A stretch of 64,000 nucleotides of DNA from Amoebidium appalachense (GCA_963693365.1 CAVNZM010000001.1:17718783-17782782), one strand, 5' to 3'; positions 47,227-59,248 are shown, counted from the first letter of the stretch. Notes: generated by a model from the sequence alone, not told the origin. Numbers and translations: made by a program.

Positions 47227-49357
47227 TTTTTTTTTTCTTTTTTTTTTTTTTCTTTTTTTTTTCTTTTTTTTTCTTCTTTTGACTGGATTTATCCGGCGGA
47301 AAGATATGCAAGTATGCACGGCATACTGAGAAGACAAATAAAAACTTCATGAGTTATCCAGTAACAAGTGCATACTGAGATACCTGAACACTGTGTGAAA
47401 ATCATATAAATACTCAATGTGACGACCAACAGAATTCAACAAAAAGTCTAAAGTGGTCACATTGCCAGCCAGTGTAGCAGACACCCGTAGGGAAAGAGGT
47501 AAAACGCGACATAAAAACTCACACCTATCAACATGCTTGCGATTAAAAAGTTCAGCACAAAAGTGGCACCAGCGGCGATGGAAACAAAAATTACAACGCC
47601 ACTGCACAACTTCCCAGGCAAGATCAACATCAGAGCACCATACAGACTTATCTACTAGGGTGGTATCCATACGTACAGCAGGAGAAATATATCCTGCCAA
47701 AGCTCCCAAAAAGCGATAATGATCAGTACGGTGTTGCCTAAGGAACATAACACATGCCGACTGAGTTTTACCTTTGATTTCCCTATCAGAACGAGAAGGA
47801 AACTTATACTGCGTATGGTAATAACGCGAAAGGCAGGAAAAAACAGGAAGAGAAAAGAAAGAGGGAGTGAGATAGCGAGAGGAAGAATCAGGTTGAAAGA
47901 GGGTAGGCTGAGGACATTCAGAAGTAGCGTTGGTGAATCGGGGGGGAAGAGGGATGGAGGGGGGGGGGGGGGGGAAAGAAAGCATAAAGAGGGTGACCAT
48001 CAGGTATCCTAACTAATTGAAAACAAAAACGAAGAGACAATTCCTCCATATGACAAACAGCAGACGACAATCCAAACATACTGATTAAGGGAGGCACAAA
48101 CCGAGTACGAAACAAAGTGCGCAGCGCAGTACCCTGAAAATCGTCGAACTCTTTCAGCGCCACGGCCGCCTCGCGAGGTGGGGCGCAGGCCAATAGCGGA
48201 AGCCCATATTGGAAAGTCGGCCGTAAAAAAGTTTTATAGTAGAGAAGAAGGTTCGCAGGATGGATCACAGACTCCCGTTGAAACATATTTGACACGATGT
48301 GAAGCTTACCCTTCGCACGAGCGATCCGTGCCGTGAGGAGCTTGCGGAAATCAATACCCTGTGCAGTAAAAGGAATACCCAAATAGTCAAAGGTGCTCTG
48401 AACAGGAATAGGAAGACCGGCCAATCGAAAGGAAGCGTTTTTCGAAAAAGCAGCACACTTTGCAATTCCGGCTGTCATGAGATTCTCGGTGCACCATTGA
48501 TCCACCTGACGAAGCATCTGGTGCATGACATCTTCGGTTAAGGAACAAAGAACAATATCGTCCGCAAAAAGGAGACCCGGTACACGGCGGGTATGCAGTT
48601 GGCCAAAGGGTTCGAGGGCGCAGGCTAAATCGTCAATGAAAACGTCAAACAACAACGGACTCAGGAGGGACCTTTGCAGAAGACCCCGAGAACAAGAAAA
48701 CCCGGGCGTTAATGTTCCATTGACCGCCGCTCGTCCGCGAGTGGTATCGAACAGCGCTTGCAGAAGACGGCCAAAGGGGGCTGGTAAGCCCCGCATAGCT
48801 AGCTTATGCCATAACAAACCAGTGGGTACGGTGTCGTAGGCGTTCTTAAGGTCGATGAAGACAACGTGCGGAGAGCCAGAAGTAATGGATTCATGGAGTA
48901 ACAGGCTGTGGGTATAACACGAATAGGCATGACGAAAGCCCCCTTGAAGGGAAGAAAGACGGAACACGGCGTTTAGAGAATCGTCGGTGTTAAACGCGCG
49001 AAGCATGCAACCCTCGAAGAGCCGACGAAAAACGTTGGTAAGTGTGACGGGACGAAAGTCGTTAATGACCCCCTGCGATACCTTCTTACGAACGGGCGTA
49101 ACGATTGTGTCAAGCCACGAATTTGGAATAAACCCGAGTTCGAAAAAAGCCGAAAAAAACTCACTAAGAAGGACAGCAAAAGGTGGGGGCGGGGGGGGCT
49201 CTGCACGATTACGGGGCGGAAGCACGGGAGAAAGAACCTTGAAAAGCACGGGAGGAAGAGCATCCGGCCCGCACGCTTTGCGGGGTTTTAACGCCCGTAT
49301 AGCACCAAAAACAGCCGAAGAGTTGAAATAACTGTGAAAAGTGCCCGGGAACGATCG
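47227..49357 (-). mobile_element. 5'-truncated non-LTR retrotransposon (LINE) with poly(A) tail and 7-bp TSD
   Basis: A T-rich tract at 47227-47280 is the poly(A) tail on the minus strand. TSD GTATACC at 47220-47226 and 49358-49364. Contains RT coding sequence. Confidence 0.92.
47347..49357 (-). pseudogene. LINE ORF2 remnant: reverse transcriptase plus C-terminal CCHC knuckle
   Basis: Motifs KACGPD, FRPVTL, QGGFR, FIDLKNAYDTV, GLLQRSLLSPLLF (R where G is usual), LLFADD and YLGI. After a frameshift in the C-run near 47960-47975 comes CHFCAELFNRKHVDRC; stop at 47347. The N-terminus/endonuclease is missing. Confidence 0.88.
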
Positions 49358-49915
49358 GTATACCCCTTGTGTATCTCTGGTGTTTTCAGGATACTCGAGA
49401 TATGACAAATGTATTTCTTGTATTTCTCAGGTGTTTAAAGGATATGCTAGATATGACAGAGCTATCATAGTATACCCCTTGTTTATCTCTGGTGTTTTCA
49501 GGAGACTCGAGATATGACAAATGTATTTCTTGTATATCTCAGGTGTTTACAGGATATGCTAGATATGACAGAGCTATCACAGTATACCCCTTGTGTATCT
49601 CTGGTGTTTCAGGATACTCGAGATATGACAGGGCAATCATAGTGTATTCCTTGTATTTCTCTTTGGTGTTTACGGGATATGCTAGATATGACAGAGCTAT
49701 CATGGTATACCCCTTGTTTATCTCTGGTTTTTTTGGGATATGCCGGATATGACAAAGCAATCATAGGGTGATTCTTCTATATCTCAGGTGTTTCTGAGAT
49801 ATGCGAGCTATGACAGAGCGATTATGGTATATCTCTGGTATATCTCTGGTGTGTTCGGGATTTGCTAGTAATGACAGAGCTATCATAGTGTGTTTCTTGT
49901 ATATTACTGGTGCCT
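49358..49915. repeat. 112-bp satellite, right part, decaying rightwards
   Basis: GATATGACAGAGC at 49450 and 49562 (period 112). About nine ~55-60-bp sub-units. Confidence 0.9.
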
Positions 49916-50271
49916 TCAGGGTGGGGGGGAGCAGGGTGGAGGGGTGGGGGGTGGGGGGAGGGGGGGGGGGGGGGGGGGGGGGAGATGTGCACGTGTGTAA
50001 GTAGCTCTGTAGGTGTGCTTGAAGGACGAAGGAGACTGAATGAGGAATATAGGGGAGGGAGGGAACGGAGAAGGCCTGGGCAGAGGAGGAGGGAGGGGGG
50101 GAGGGAGAGGGGGGGGGGGAGGCGAGAGATGGTCTGTGTGCACGAACGACAGAGCTGTGAAGAGAAAAGGAGTGAAAAGGGGCAGTTTTTTTTGTTTTTT
50201 TTTCCCGGGGGGGGGGGGGGGGGGAGGGAGGGGGAGGGGGGGGGGGGGGGGGGGGGGGGGGAAGGGGGTTA

Positions 50272-51040
50272 GCACAGAGAGGAAATATAGAGGCGGCGAT
50301 GAGAATGCTGGGGAGACCAGGTGAGGTACGTTGGTGGGGACCGGGTGGACCAGGTGGGGACCCTTGCTCATTTCAAGTGTGTTTGTGTCAGTTTTGTCAC
50401 AATGATTATTTTAGTTAATTATTGTTTTTGTTTTTATTTTTTATTTTATTATTATCAGGGGGGGGGGGGGGGTTATTTATTGTTTTTATTTTATTTTTTA
50501 TTTTTATTATCATCATCGGGGGGGGGGGGGGGGGGGGGAGGGGGGGAAGGGGGGAGGGGGAAGGGGGGAGGGGGTGGCACGGAGAGGAGATATGGAGCCG
50601 GCAATGAGAATGCTGGGGAGACAAGGGAGGTGCGTTGGTGGGGACCGGGTGGACCAGGTGGGGACCCTCGCTCATTTCAAGTGTGTGTGTGTCAGTTTTG
50701 TATTATTTTAGTTATTTACTGTTTTTGTTTTTGTTTTTTATTTTCTTATTATCAGGGGGGGGGGGGGGTAGGGGTAATTTAATGTTTTTTAATTACTTTT
50801 TATTTTTATTATCATCAGGAGGGGGAAGGGGGGGAGGGGGGGGGGGGGGGGCGGGTTGGCACAGAGAGGAGATATAGAGGCGGCGATGAGAATGCTGGGG
50901 AGACAAGGGAGGAGAGTTGGTGGGGACCGGGTGGACCAGGTGGGGACCCTCGCTCATTTCAAGTGTGTTTGTGTCAGTTGTGTATTATCTAAGTTATTTA
51001 CTGTTTTTATTTTTATCTTTTATTTTTTTTATTATCAGGG
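50272..51040. repeat. Three tandem copies of a ~300-bp unit
   Basis: GCAC.GAGAGGA.ATAT...ATGAGAATGCTGGGGAGAC...GGTGGGGACCGGGTGGACCAGGTGGGGACCC...GCTCATTTCAAGTGTGT, then T-rich and G-run segments, starting at about 50272, 50577 and 50859. Confidence 0.88.
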
Positions 51041-51162
51041 AGGGGGGGGGGGGGGAGGGGGGAGGGGGGGGGGCGTGGGGGGTTCCTTTTTTTTAGAGGG
51101 GGGAAAAAAGGGTGGGTGGGAGTGGAGATGGGGGTGGGGTGGGGGTGGGGTGGTGTCTGTGT

Positions 51163-51206
<44 letters not shown>

Positions 51207-51545
51207 GGGGGGGGGGTCAGGTCATGAATAGTGTAAACGGGAACATGAATTGTGCGGTAATGGGCATACCTCATGATGTATATGCCCCACCGTGACACCT
51301 GTATTATGCATAAATTGTATATTTCATGTGTTGCTGTAAAGCGCTTTGATTTATTATTCAAAGGTTATCGTAGTATACGAACTAATATACAAAATTACAT
51401 ATTGAAGGCATTACTACCAATTCTACTCTAGCAATGTTTTATAACTACTACCTATCATGGCTCTACCATAGTTTCTAAATCTTTCTTTCTACGGCGATTT
51501 GTGCACGTATTGTTACAACAACCTAAACATTTCGTAAACAATATT

Positions 51546-52475
51546 TCACGGGCTAATCCAAAACGCATAACCCTCGGTACAACCGCCCTCCTCGTAACGC
51601 GCGGGTACTCTCGTGTCCCACAACACCTGTCCGATTGCGTCAACAATAACCAAATTTCCGTTGGGGCTCATGATCGCATACGCTCCGGTGGGAGTGGGTG
51701 GGGTAGACTGCCACAGAATGTTGTTGGGGTGTTTGCTGGAATATAGTCTCAGACCCCCCTGCTGAAATTCCATGCGGAGAGTATCTGTGCTAATGGACGG
51801 CCACTGGTTTGCTGTGTTGAGCGCCCAAACCGCAAGGGGGGGCTGTACACTATCTTCCGAAATTACAACATTTTGGTCTGGTTGAATGCGAAGGGCGTAG
51901 TCACATCCACCATACAGGCCAGTAAAAGGCGTAATAAAACCCCCCTCCCCCAAAATCGATTGGGGATATTGGGCAACATACCCGCCGATATCGACACGGT
52001 CTCTACTGCTCACACCGTCTACTGTTGTCGTCAATGAGGAATCACGCCCCAAGGCCAAAGGAGCAGGGTTGTAATCGAGTGGCTTTGGACCTGGCTTTTG
52101 GACAGCCGTTACCTTGGTAGACGTCTTAACGGTAGGATCCGGTGTTACAGGGTTAAAGCTGGGGATTGGTTCAGCCTGGGTATTGGAGCTCACAGGTGGA
52201 GGGACATCCCATGGCCAAGACATGGGTACGTCCGGTAGGGTTGAAGCGACTGAAACACTAGGGTCGGTGACAGGTTGCTGATTTTCGGGCACAGAGTTCG
52301 ATACCGTGGGTGGGTTGGTGGGTAATTGCAAGGAAGATACATCACTTGATGCAGCGACGTAAGTACTTTCAGGAGAGAGTGTGTCTGGGGTGGTAAGTGT
52401 GCTGGTGATGTCGATTGGGTAGCCTAGTGCACACGGCGCAAGTGTCAGAAGTGTACACAACCGAAACGGCGCCAT
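51546..52475 (-). CDS. Secreted protein with S/T/P-rich stalk and C-terminal bulb-type (B/GNA-like) lectin domain, 309 aa, intronless
   Basis: Signal peptide MAPFRLCTLLTLAPCALG. Three-fold B-lectin pattern: LRIQPDQNVVI...VWALNT, GGLRLY...LWQS, MSPNGNLVI...LWDT. TATTTAAA lies about 35-40 bp upstream. Confidence 0.82.
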   Translation of the reverse strand: MAPFRLCTLLTLAPCALGYPIDITSTLTTPDTLSPESTYVAASSDVSSLQLPTNPPTVSNSVPENQQPVTDPSVSVASTLPDVPMSWPWDVPPPVSSNTQAEPIPSFNPVTPDPTVKTSTKVTAVQKPGPKPLDYNPAPLALGRDSSLTTTVDGVSSRDRVDIGGYVAQYPQSILGEGGFITPFTGLYGGCDYALRIQPDQNVVISEDSVQPPLAVWALNTANQWPSISTDTLRMEFQQGGLRLYSSKHPNNILWQSTPPTPTGAYAIMSPNGNLVIVDAIGQVLWDTRVPARYEEGGCTEGYAFWISP

Positions 52476-53633
52476 CTTGTGTGAATATATTTATTGAACA
52501 ACGAGCAACTTTAAATAGTAGGAGTTGAAGTGGTCGAATGGGTGAATTGGAAACAGAAGCGTTGTAGCACCTAATAATCGGGACACAAGGTAAGGGCCAA
52601 AAAAAGGATAATCATTGACTGAAAGAACTTTAGTGCTGCAGATATTTGTGCCGACCTCTGTATGTTGGAAATCAGAGCTGTCGGTTTTCTGACTCTTGAA
52701 TGCTGTTGGTATTTACGCCTATGATGTGAGTGCTATATTTGGAGCCTGTCGGTGTCTTATACTAAGCGATTGCTTTTGCTTTTTGTGCAACCGACCGAGG
52801 TGAACCAATTCCATGTTGCTCTTTATATAGAGATGGGGGTGTCGAGGACAACCAATCAGACCCAATATATTGTTTGTAGTACATTCACATTCCACGTTCA
52901 AGTGCACATGGTGCAGTCATGTGACTCATGTCCGTACCCGACCGTTCTTATTGGTAATAAAACACGCACCGCTCCGTGACACCGGGACCCTATAATCTTG
53001 AGAATAGTTATTGCTAGCAAACGTGTACTGTGATACTATATTTTATATAAAAACTATTTTCAAATCCGCTAATGATACTACATATATGCATTAAAGATCA
53101 GTCGACCTTTATAATGCTATCTCGCTGGGCGGCAGAGACCCTGATGTCATGCTTGCGCAAGTCGATTCTGCCAATCACGCATTGCGGGCAGTGAGCAGTT
53201 GTTGCCGCCGGTTAGCGCCGCTACAGCTTTGCACTCCAACACTAACAGTGGACTCAATGGGCTAATTGCAACGTTTCATGTTTTGTTTTTTTGCATGGAA
53301 CCGTTGCTAACATAGAGGTGACACGTGTGTCTTTTGCCTATCTTACACTTGAGGCGAAACGTTCCAGGGCTCATTATTTTCAGCTCATAGTGTTAGGATC
53401 GTAGAAATTTTGCGAGTTGGTGGCCGGGAGCCATTAAGAGTCACCCATATTTTGGAAGGTGACCTGGAGCATATGGAGTAGAGCAGATGAGTAGAGCCCT
53501 GAGTTGTGTCCTTACCAAGAGCACGCGTTACAAACCACTGAGCCTAGCTCGACCTCCTATTCCGATGCCAGCCGGTTACCATTTCAGCAGTACCAAAGTG
53601 TTCTCATTCTGACACTATGGTTCAGGGTAGGAG

Positions 53634-53674
<41 letters not shown>

Positions 53675-54063
53675 TTGTGAATCGCAAATGAAATTACTCC
53701 CCCCCCCCCCCCCCCCCCCCCCCCCCACCACCACCACCAAGCACAAAAAAAAAAAAAAAGAAAAAAAAAGATTAAAGAAAACACAGGCACACACACGACA
53801 AAAATCTGGTCTATTGAAGCTACTTTATATAAAGTCCAGTCCCCGGCTCTGTGTCTATTGACACAAAAACCCCCATCTACAAAGAGATTTGAGCTATTCC
53901 TCCTCCGTCGTGGCAGTGATACTGCCATGTGTGTACATATGCCTCGTTATGTAGTACATGCACGTGCGTGCGCGAACACACCGGGCACACACCACGATTA
54001 CCACTCACGTGCACCATATGACATGTGTACCTACACTCAACCACCCACGTACACGCACTCGTG

Positions 54064-54094
<31 letters not shown>

Positions 54095-55116
54095 GAAAAT
54101 AACCCTACAGACCTGCACGTGCACGTGTACACAGTCTACCTGGAAAAGCAAAAAACGGTTGGCTTACTGTGGCAAAGTGCCACAGTGCACCTCCCCACCT
54201 GTTATTTTGTGTGGGTAAACGGAGAAGCAGAGAGCACAGATGGGTGTTATGTAAAACACAACACAAAGACACACGGGAAAAACACAACCGGAGAGGAGGA
54301 ACGATTTCTGGAACCATAGGAAGTGAATACGACTGCTTCTGATTTATTTCAAGATGAGGTCCCTTTTATACTTGGGAATGTGAAACGATAAACCAATCAA
54401 AAGAATGAAAACTATGAGTGTAAAATATATCGAATAAAATGTCTGTCGACATTTAGAATATAAAACTCAATCCTCCAATGAAAGAAACTTCTAATAAAAG
54501 CACGGAAACATTTATTAAAATGAAACCACTTATGTAACTATTAATTCATAACATATATTTATACATGTTCTTATCATAACACGTCTAAATATAATTATTC
54601 CTAATAGTTGAAGAACATAGCACAATGCTACGTCGTGGGAAAGAAATGAGAAAGGAATGTAAGTTACTATATTTGGGAAAATACAAACGAGATATGATTG
54701 GATGACATATATAGATTTTGACGCAAACGACAATACGTGTGCGCGAGCTAAGTATGTCGATACGTACACAGATCTAAGATGTCGTGTACACGGAAACGGA
54801 AAAGAAAGAAAGAAATGAAGAAAGGAAAAAGGAAACAAACTACAACAACTAATAAATAAATACCAAACTCAACTTCTAAGTCTTGCTGAGAATTAAGTGA
54901 AGATGACACCACCGCCTCCCACGGTGCTTCTTACACACTTGCATGTGCACCAGTCATTACATATGCATAATTACACAGCCCACTGAGACGTCAGGCCCTG
55001 AGCGGATGGGCAACCATGGCCATGATGACCCCCTCCCCCCCCGCCCTCCTAGGCCTCCCCCCCCCCCCCCCCCCCCCCCCATATATACGAGGCATACTCT
55101 TTATGTGTGATGAGTT

Positions 55117-55596
55117 TGTAAACAGTTGGACTAGTTAGGATAAGGCAGAGTACAACTGAATCAAAATAAAGACAGAGAACGGGTAGAAAGGCACACGCGG
55201 CCAGGTTGCTTTTACTATGGGCCGACTCAGTCTGTCTCAGACTTCACTGATGTGATCCCCGTACTGGGACGGCTTTCTTATATAGCCCCCAGGTTTCGGA
55301 TCAAGGCCCAGGATTGGTTCATCCGCGGCCAGCGCGGGTGGCAACATGCCATTCGTGATTCTGGTGCGGTCCGAGCCAGTCAGACCTTTGTCCTATTTAT
55401 GCAAACCTCTTATTGGTTCACTTCGTTTATGTGGTATGCAGCTGAAGAACCATATATGGTTCAATTCTTAGGTCAGAGTGAGTCCTATTGGTGCGGACAT
55501 AATATTTATGTGATATTCATGACAAAGCACGAATCGTGTGCTAGTAGATCACATTCTTTAGTAAACATGTACAGTTCATGTGTACAGTTGTTTACA
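55117..55596 (-). repeat. 3' LTR
   Basis: Appears identical by eye to 58241-58720. Preceded on the minus strand by [14 protein letters not shown] (55597-55607). Confidence 0.93.
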
Positions 55597-58221
55597 CTCC
55601 CCCCCTTGTCGGGAGCCTGGTGGTGTCGTTAGACAAGCAAACCACCAGGCTGAGAGGCGATAAACAACCTTCAGCGAGAATTCTTGTGTGTGCCGAGCTG
55701 CTGGACAGAACAGAGCAAGGACGGTGGAATAGAGTTGTGCACGTCTATGAGCACTTCTTCATTTGCCAAAACGTAAATTCATGCAGCATTCTTCTGTGAT
55801 TTCATTTTCGTGGCGAAGATTGTTGCAGAGTGTGCGTGCGAATAATTCGCTAAGCCTTCGTCTCTGTGCTTGGCTTTTCTGTAGAAGTAGTATTTTCCTT
55901 TTTGGGAATTTTTCCTTTTTAGGATACTCCCGCAGATTCGTTTTCAATTGCGAGTAATTTGGTTGTGTGGATGAATGATCATACCAAACATTCGATAATG
56001 AATATAACTCGAGCCTTAGGTCACTTCGTAGCTCAGGTAGTGGTGGATAGCTTCAAGGCTTAGCCACTGCTCCTTATCCCGGTTCTACCATAAGACTGTA
56101 AGGCGAGTCACCATGGCCGGAAAAGCCACTTCTTTCATGAACAAAGAGCACTTCTTTCCTTTCAGCTTTAACCCTGCATCATCGGAGCTGGGAAAAACAG
56201 AATAAAAATGCCCAAGTGTTCTTCGTTGGGCGACATAAAGAAATATATCACCCGTCAGAACCAGTAAAAGCCCGGTTCATAATTCATAAGAAGAGGGTAG
56301 GCAAAGCAAGCCTCCTTCAGAAAACACATGCTTCCATTCGTGAGCAGTTTTCGTATCCCATTTGCCAGCCATTTTCGTTGAGCAGGGGGATTCCAGGCAT
56401 AATACATTCTTCTGGAGGCTTGGCCTAAAAAGAAAAGTCGTCGGAGTCGCCCTTTCTTTTGTAAGCAACTTCGTGAGCGCGCTTCGTGTTTTCATATCCT
56501 CCAGTGCAGGTCTGGATGGTGCCCCATCCTCTGCTTCATTTGTAGGTGGCCCTACTGTAGGTTCTGTTCGTTGTGTGGAATACCAAAACCATTCGTATTC
56601 GTGGAACTGCTTTGTGCTGTGCTTTCTTTCGTGTTGGTGTTCATGAAGTTACCCCGTTCACACACCCTACTTCTTACATACATTAGATGTAAGTAGCTGC
56701 CTGGTGAGTGTGTGGTTCGTGTTCGTGGCATTCTTCTGTTCCTTCGTGAGAAGAATATTCGTTTTAGCAGAGGTGCCCAATAAGGCAGCTTGTGGGGTTG
56801 TCTCCCGCATGTGCCCATTGGTGGGGTATGCCATGCACGTGCTAAATTGTTACAGTGTCATCATATTGCAAGGGAATAACATGGTCACCTCCGTACCAGG
56901 GCCTAGTAGGTACACATGATGGTCCGATGTGTTAGTCAACAACACCTTGCATTCGTATTCGTATTCGTCTTCCACGTCACTTTCTTCAGTAGTGAAGGAG
57001 GGTATTTGTAATTCGAAACTGAAAGGCTTCCAGCCAAAATACTGACACTGTATGATGGGGTTGTGAGGGAGCGGTGCCCATACCACATTCTTTTGTTCTG
57101 GTGGGGGTGTGCCGGCAGCTAGTGCAAGGCTTGACAGTGTAATTGGTATGTTACACCGTATTGCCACAGACGGGCATTCACCTTAAAATTCGTACCCAAC
57201 ACCTTCTTTGTTTTTCACATGCATGAACAAAAGTTCTGCATCGACTTTATTACATGCCTTTTGTGCACCAAGAGTGCAAATTCGTTAGGGCGTGGCACCA
57301 GGAAGGGCCGCCATACATGAGTCAGGCATATGTTCGTAATGTGTTTAGGCATGCCAGCATACATTCATGCGCATGTTGTGCATCCTGGGCGCTAAACTAT
57401 GGGGCATGCTGTATTCGAGAACAGCAAGGGATTCGAAGCATGCATGCAACACTACTTTCATAAGATCTTAGGTCCTACATGCTATAGCAACAGCGACTAT
57501 CTTCTTCGTTAAGTGCATTTGTGCTGAAAGTGGCCGTGCATCTGGCTTGCGAGTGTGGACGTGCATGCGGTGGCATGGACACGATGGCAGTGTGCAATAG
57601 GGCAATGCACGCAAGGGCAACGGTTTTATTTTCTTCCTAACATAGAGGGGGCTGTGTGCATTGCAACCCAAGCAGTGTTGTGCATTCGTCCTTTCATTTT
57701 CGTATTTCCAGTTCATTTTGCTTTCGTTTTTCGTTTTTTGTCGTTTGATAACTTCGTTACTTCGTTTTGTTTTCGTGTTGCATTCATTTCGTATTTCCTC
57801 TATGCAATCGTTTGTCGTTAATTCTTTATTTCATTGCGTATTCGTGATGGTTCGTTTTTCGTTGGTTCATTGCTTCGTTAGCAATTCTTTATTCGTTTGT
57901 TCATGTATTCGTTGTTTCGTTGTGTATTCGTTTTTCTTCACATTTTTGATGTGTCGTAGCAAAAGAAGTTTTACATGCTTTCAATTCTTTCCGTGTAGGT
58001 GGGCTGGCCACTTCAAACTTGTAGGTGTATATATTCTAAGCCGGACAAGGAAAGATGTGCCTATCATCGGGGTAAAAAGGATTGTGATCGGCCATGGGAG
58101 ATTCTTGAGCTGATTGAAAGATGTGAGATTCTTGAACTGATTGAAAGATGTGAGATTCGAAGGATGCGAGATTCTTGAACTGCGCGGTCGCCAATGTAAA
58201 CAGTTGGCAATGTAAAACAGT

Positions 58222-58239
58222 GTCCTGCCGCGGTCGCCA
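58222..58239 (-). other. Primer-binding site, tRNA-Arg(TCG) type
   Basis: TGGCGACCGCGGCAGGAC, 1 nt from the 5' LTR. Complementary to the 3' 18 nt (GTCCTGCCGCGGTCG-CCA) of the animal-type tRNA-Arg(TCG), recalled from memory. Confidence 0.85.
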
Positions 58240-58240
58240 A

Positions 58241-58720
58241 TGTAAACAGTTGGACTAGTTAGGATAAGGCAGAGTACAACTGAATCAAAATAAAGACAGA
58301 GAACGGGTAGAAAGGCACACGCGGCCAGGTTGCTTTTACTATGGGCCGACTCAGTCTGTCTCAGACTTCACTGATGTGATCCCCGTACTGGGACGGCTTT
58401 CTTATATAGCCCCCAGGTTTCGGATCAAGGCCCAGGATTGGTTCATCCGCGGCCAGCGCGGGTGGCAACATGCCATTCGTGATTCTGGTGCGGTCCGAGC
58501 CAGTCAGACCTTTGTCCTATTTATGCAAACCTCTTATTGGTTCACTTCGTTTATGTGGTATGCAGCTGAAGAACCATATATGGTTCAATTCTTAGGTCAG
58601 AGTGAGTCCTATTGGTGCGGACATAATATTTATGTGATATTCATGACAAAGCACGAATCGTGTGCTAGTAGATCACATTCTTTAGTAAACATGTACAGTT
58701 CATGTGTACAGTTGTTTACA
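58241..58720 (-). repeat. 5' LTR
   Basis: On the minus strand it carries three CCAAT boxes, then TATATAA (~58402-58408), then an AGTAAA poly(A)-like signal, consistent with U3-R-U5 order. Confidence 0.93.
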
Positions 58721-59248
58721 GAGTTGCAATTGACCGTCGTGAATGTATACTTCCTACCGTAGGCTGTTACTCTTTCTATACACCACCCCCTCTCTCCAAC
58801 CTACACACACACACAAACAACCACACTCACCCATCATGGTATTTTCCACACATATTAGCACACGTTACCGCTTACACTTACTTCTTGGTCATGCTTGTGA
58901 ATTTCGGTTTTTGGACACAGACCGCATTATGGCGTACAAAGAAAACAGTAGCTACATGAAGCTGTCCTTTTCGTGATTCAAATCAGTACTTGTGCATTCC
59001 TTGATGTGATTGTATGAACATAATTATACATGCATGCACTGCGGTTGGAATGATTCACTAACTTAATAACCACATGCGTCTGCCGGCATTCACAGGTACG
59101 TACACACCTGTGGTACACGGACACTTGCACAAACGTGCAAAAACGTGCCCGTCGCGCGCGCACACACGGACATTTGTGCACACACGCGCATGCACACATC
59201 TGCACACAAACACACACACGAACACAGGCACACACAGACACACCCACC

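Larger units (their letters stand above)
55117..58720 (-). mobile_element. Non-autonomous LTR retrotransposon (3604 bp), probably Ty3/gypsy-derived
   Basis: 480-bp direct repeats at 55117-55596 and 58241-58720 with TGTAAACA...TGTTTACA ends. TSD GAGTT at 55112-55116 and 58721-58725. PBS and PPT on the minus strand. No internal ORF over 150 aa and no intact RT or integrase motifs. Confidence 0.93.

Noticed and set aside
53460-53590. tRNA- or SINE-like segment on the minus strand (GGCTCAGTGGT A-box-like)
   Set aside because: No B-box (GTTCRA) and no cloverleaf.
55440-55470. Hammerhead ribozyme (retrozyme) in the LTR: CTGAAGA followed by the hairpin AACCATATATGGTT
   Set aside because: The required GAAA after stem II is absent, and stems I and III were not found.
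55252-55632. Duplicated 126/128-aa ORF (also 58376-58762)
   Set aside because: It lies inside the LTRs on the antisense strand with a GTG start, and the duplication is explained by the LTRs.
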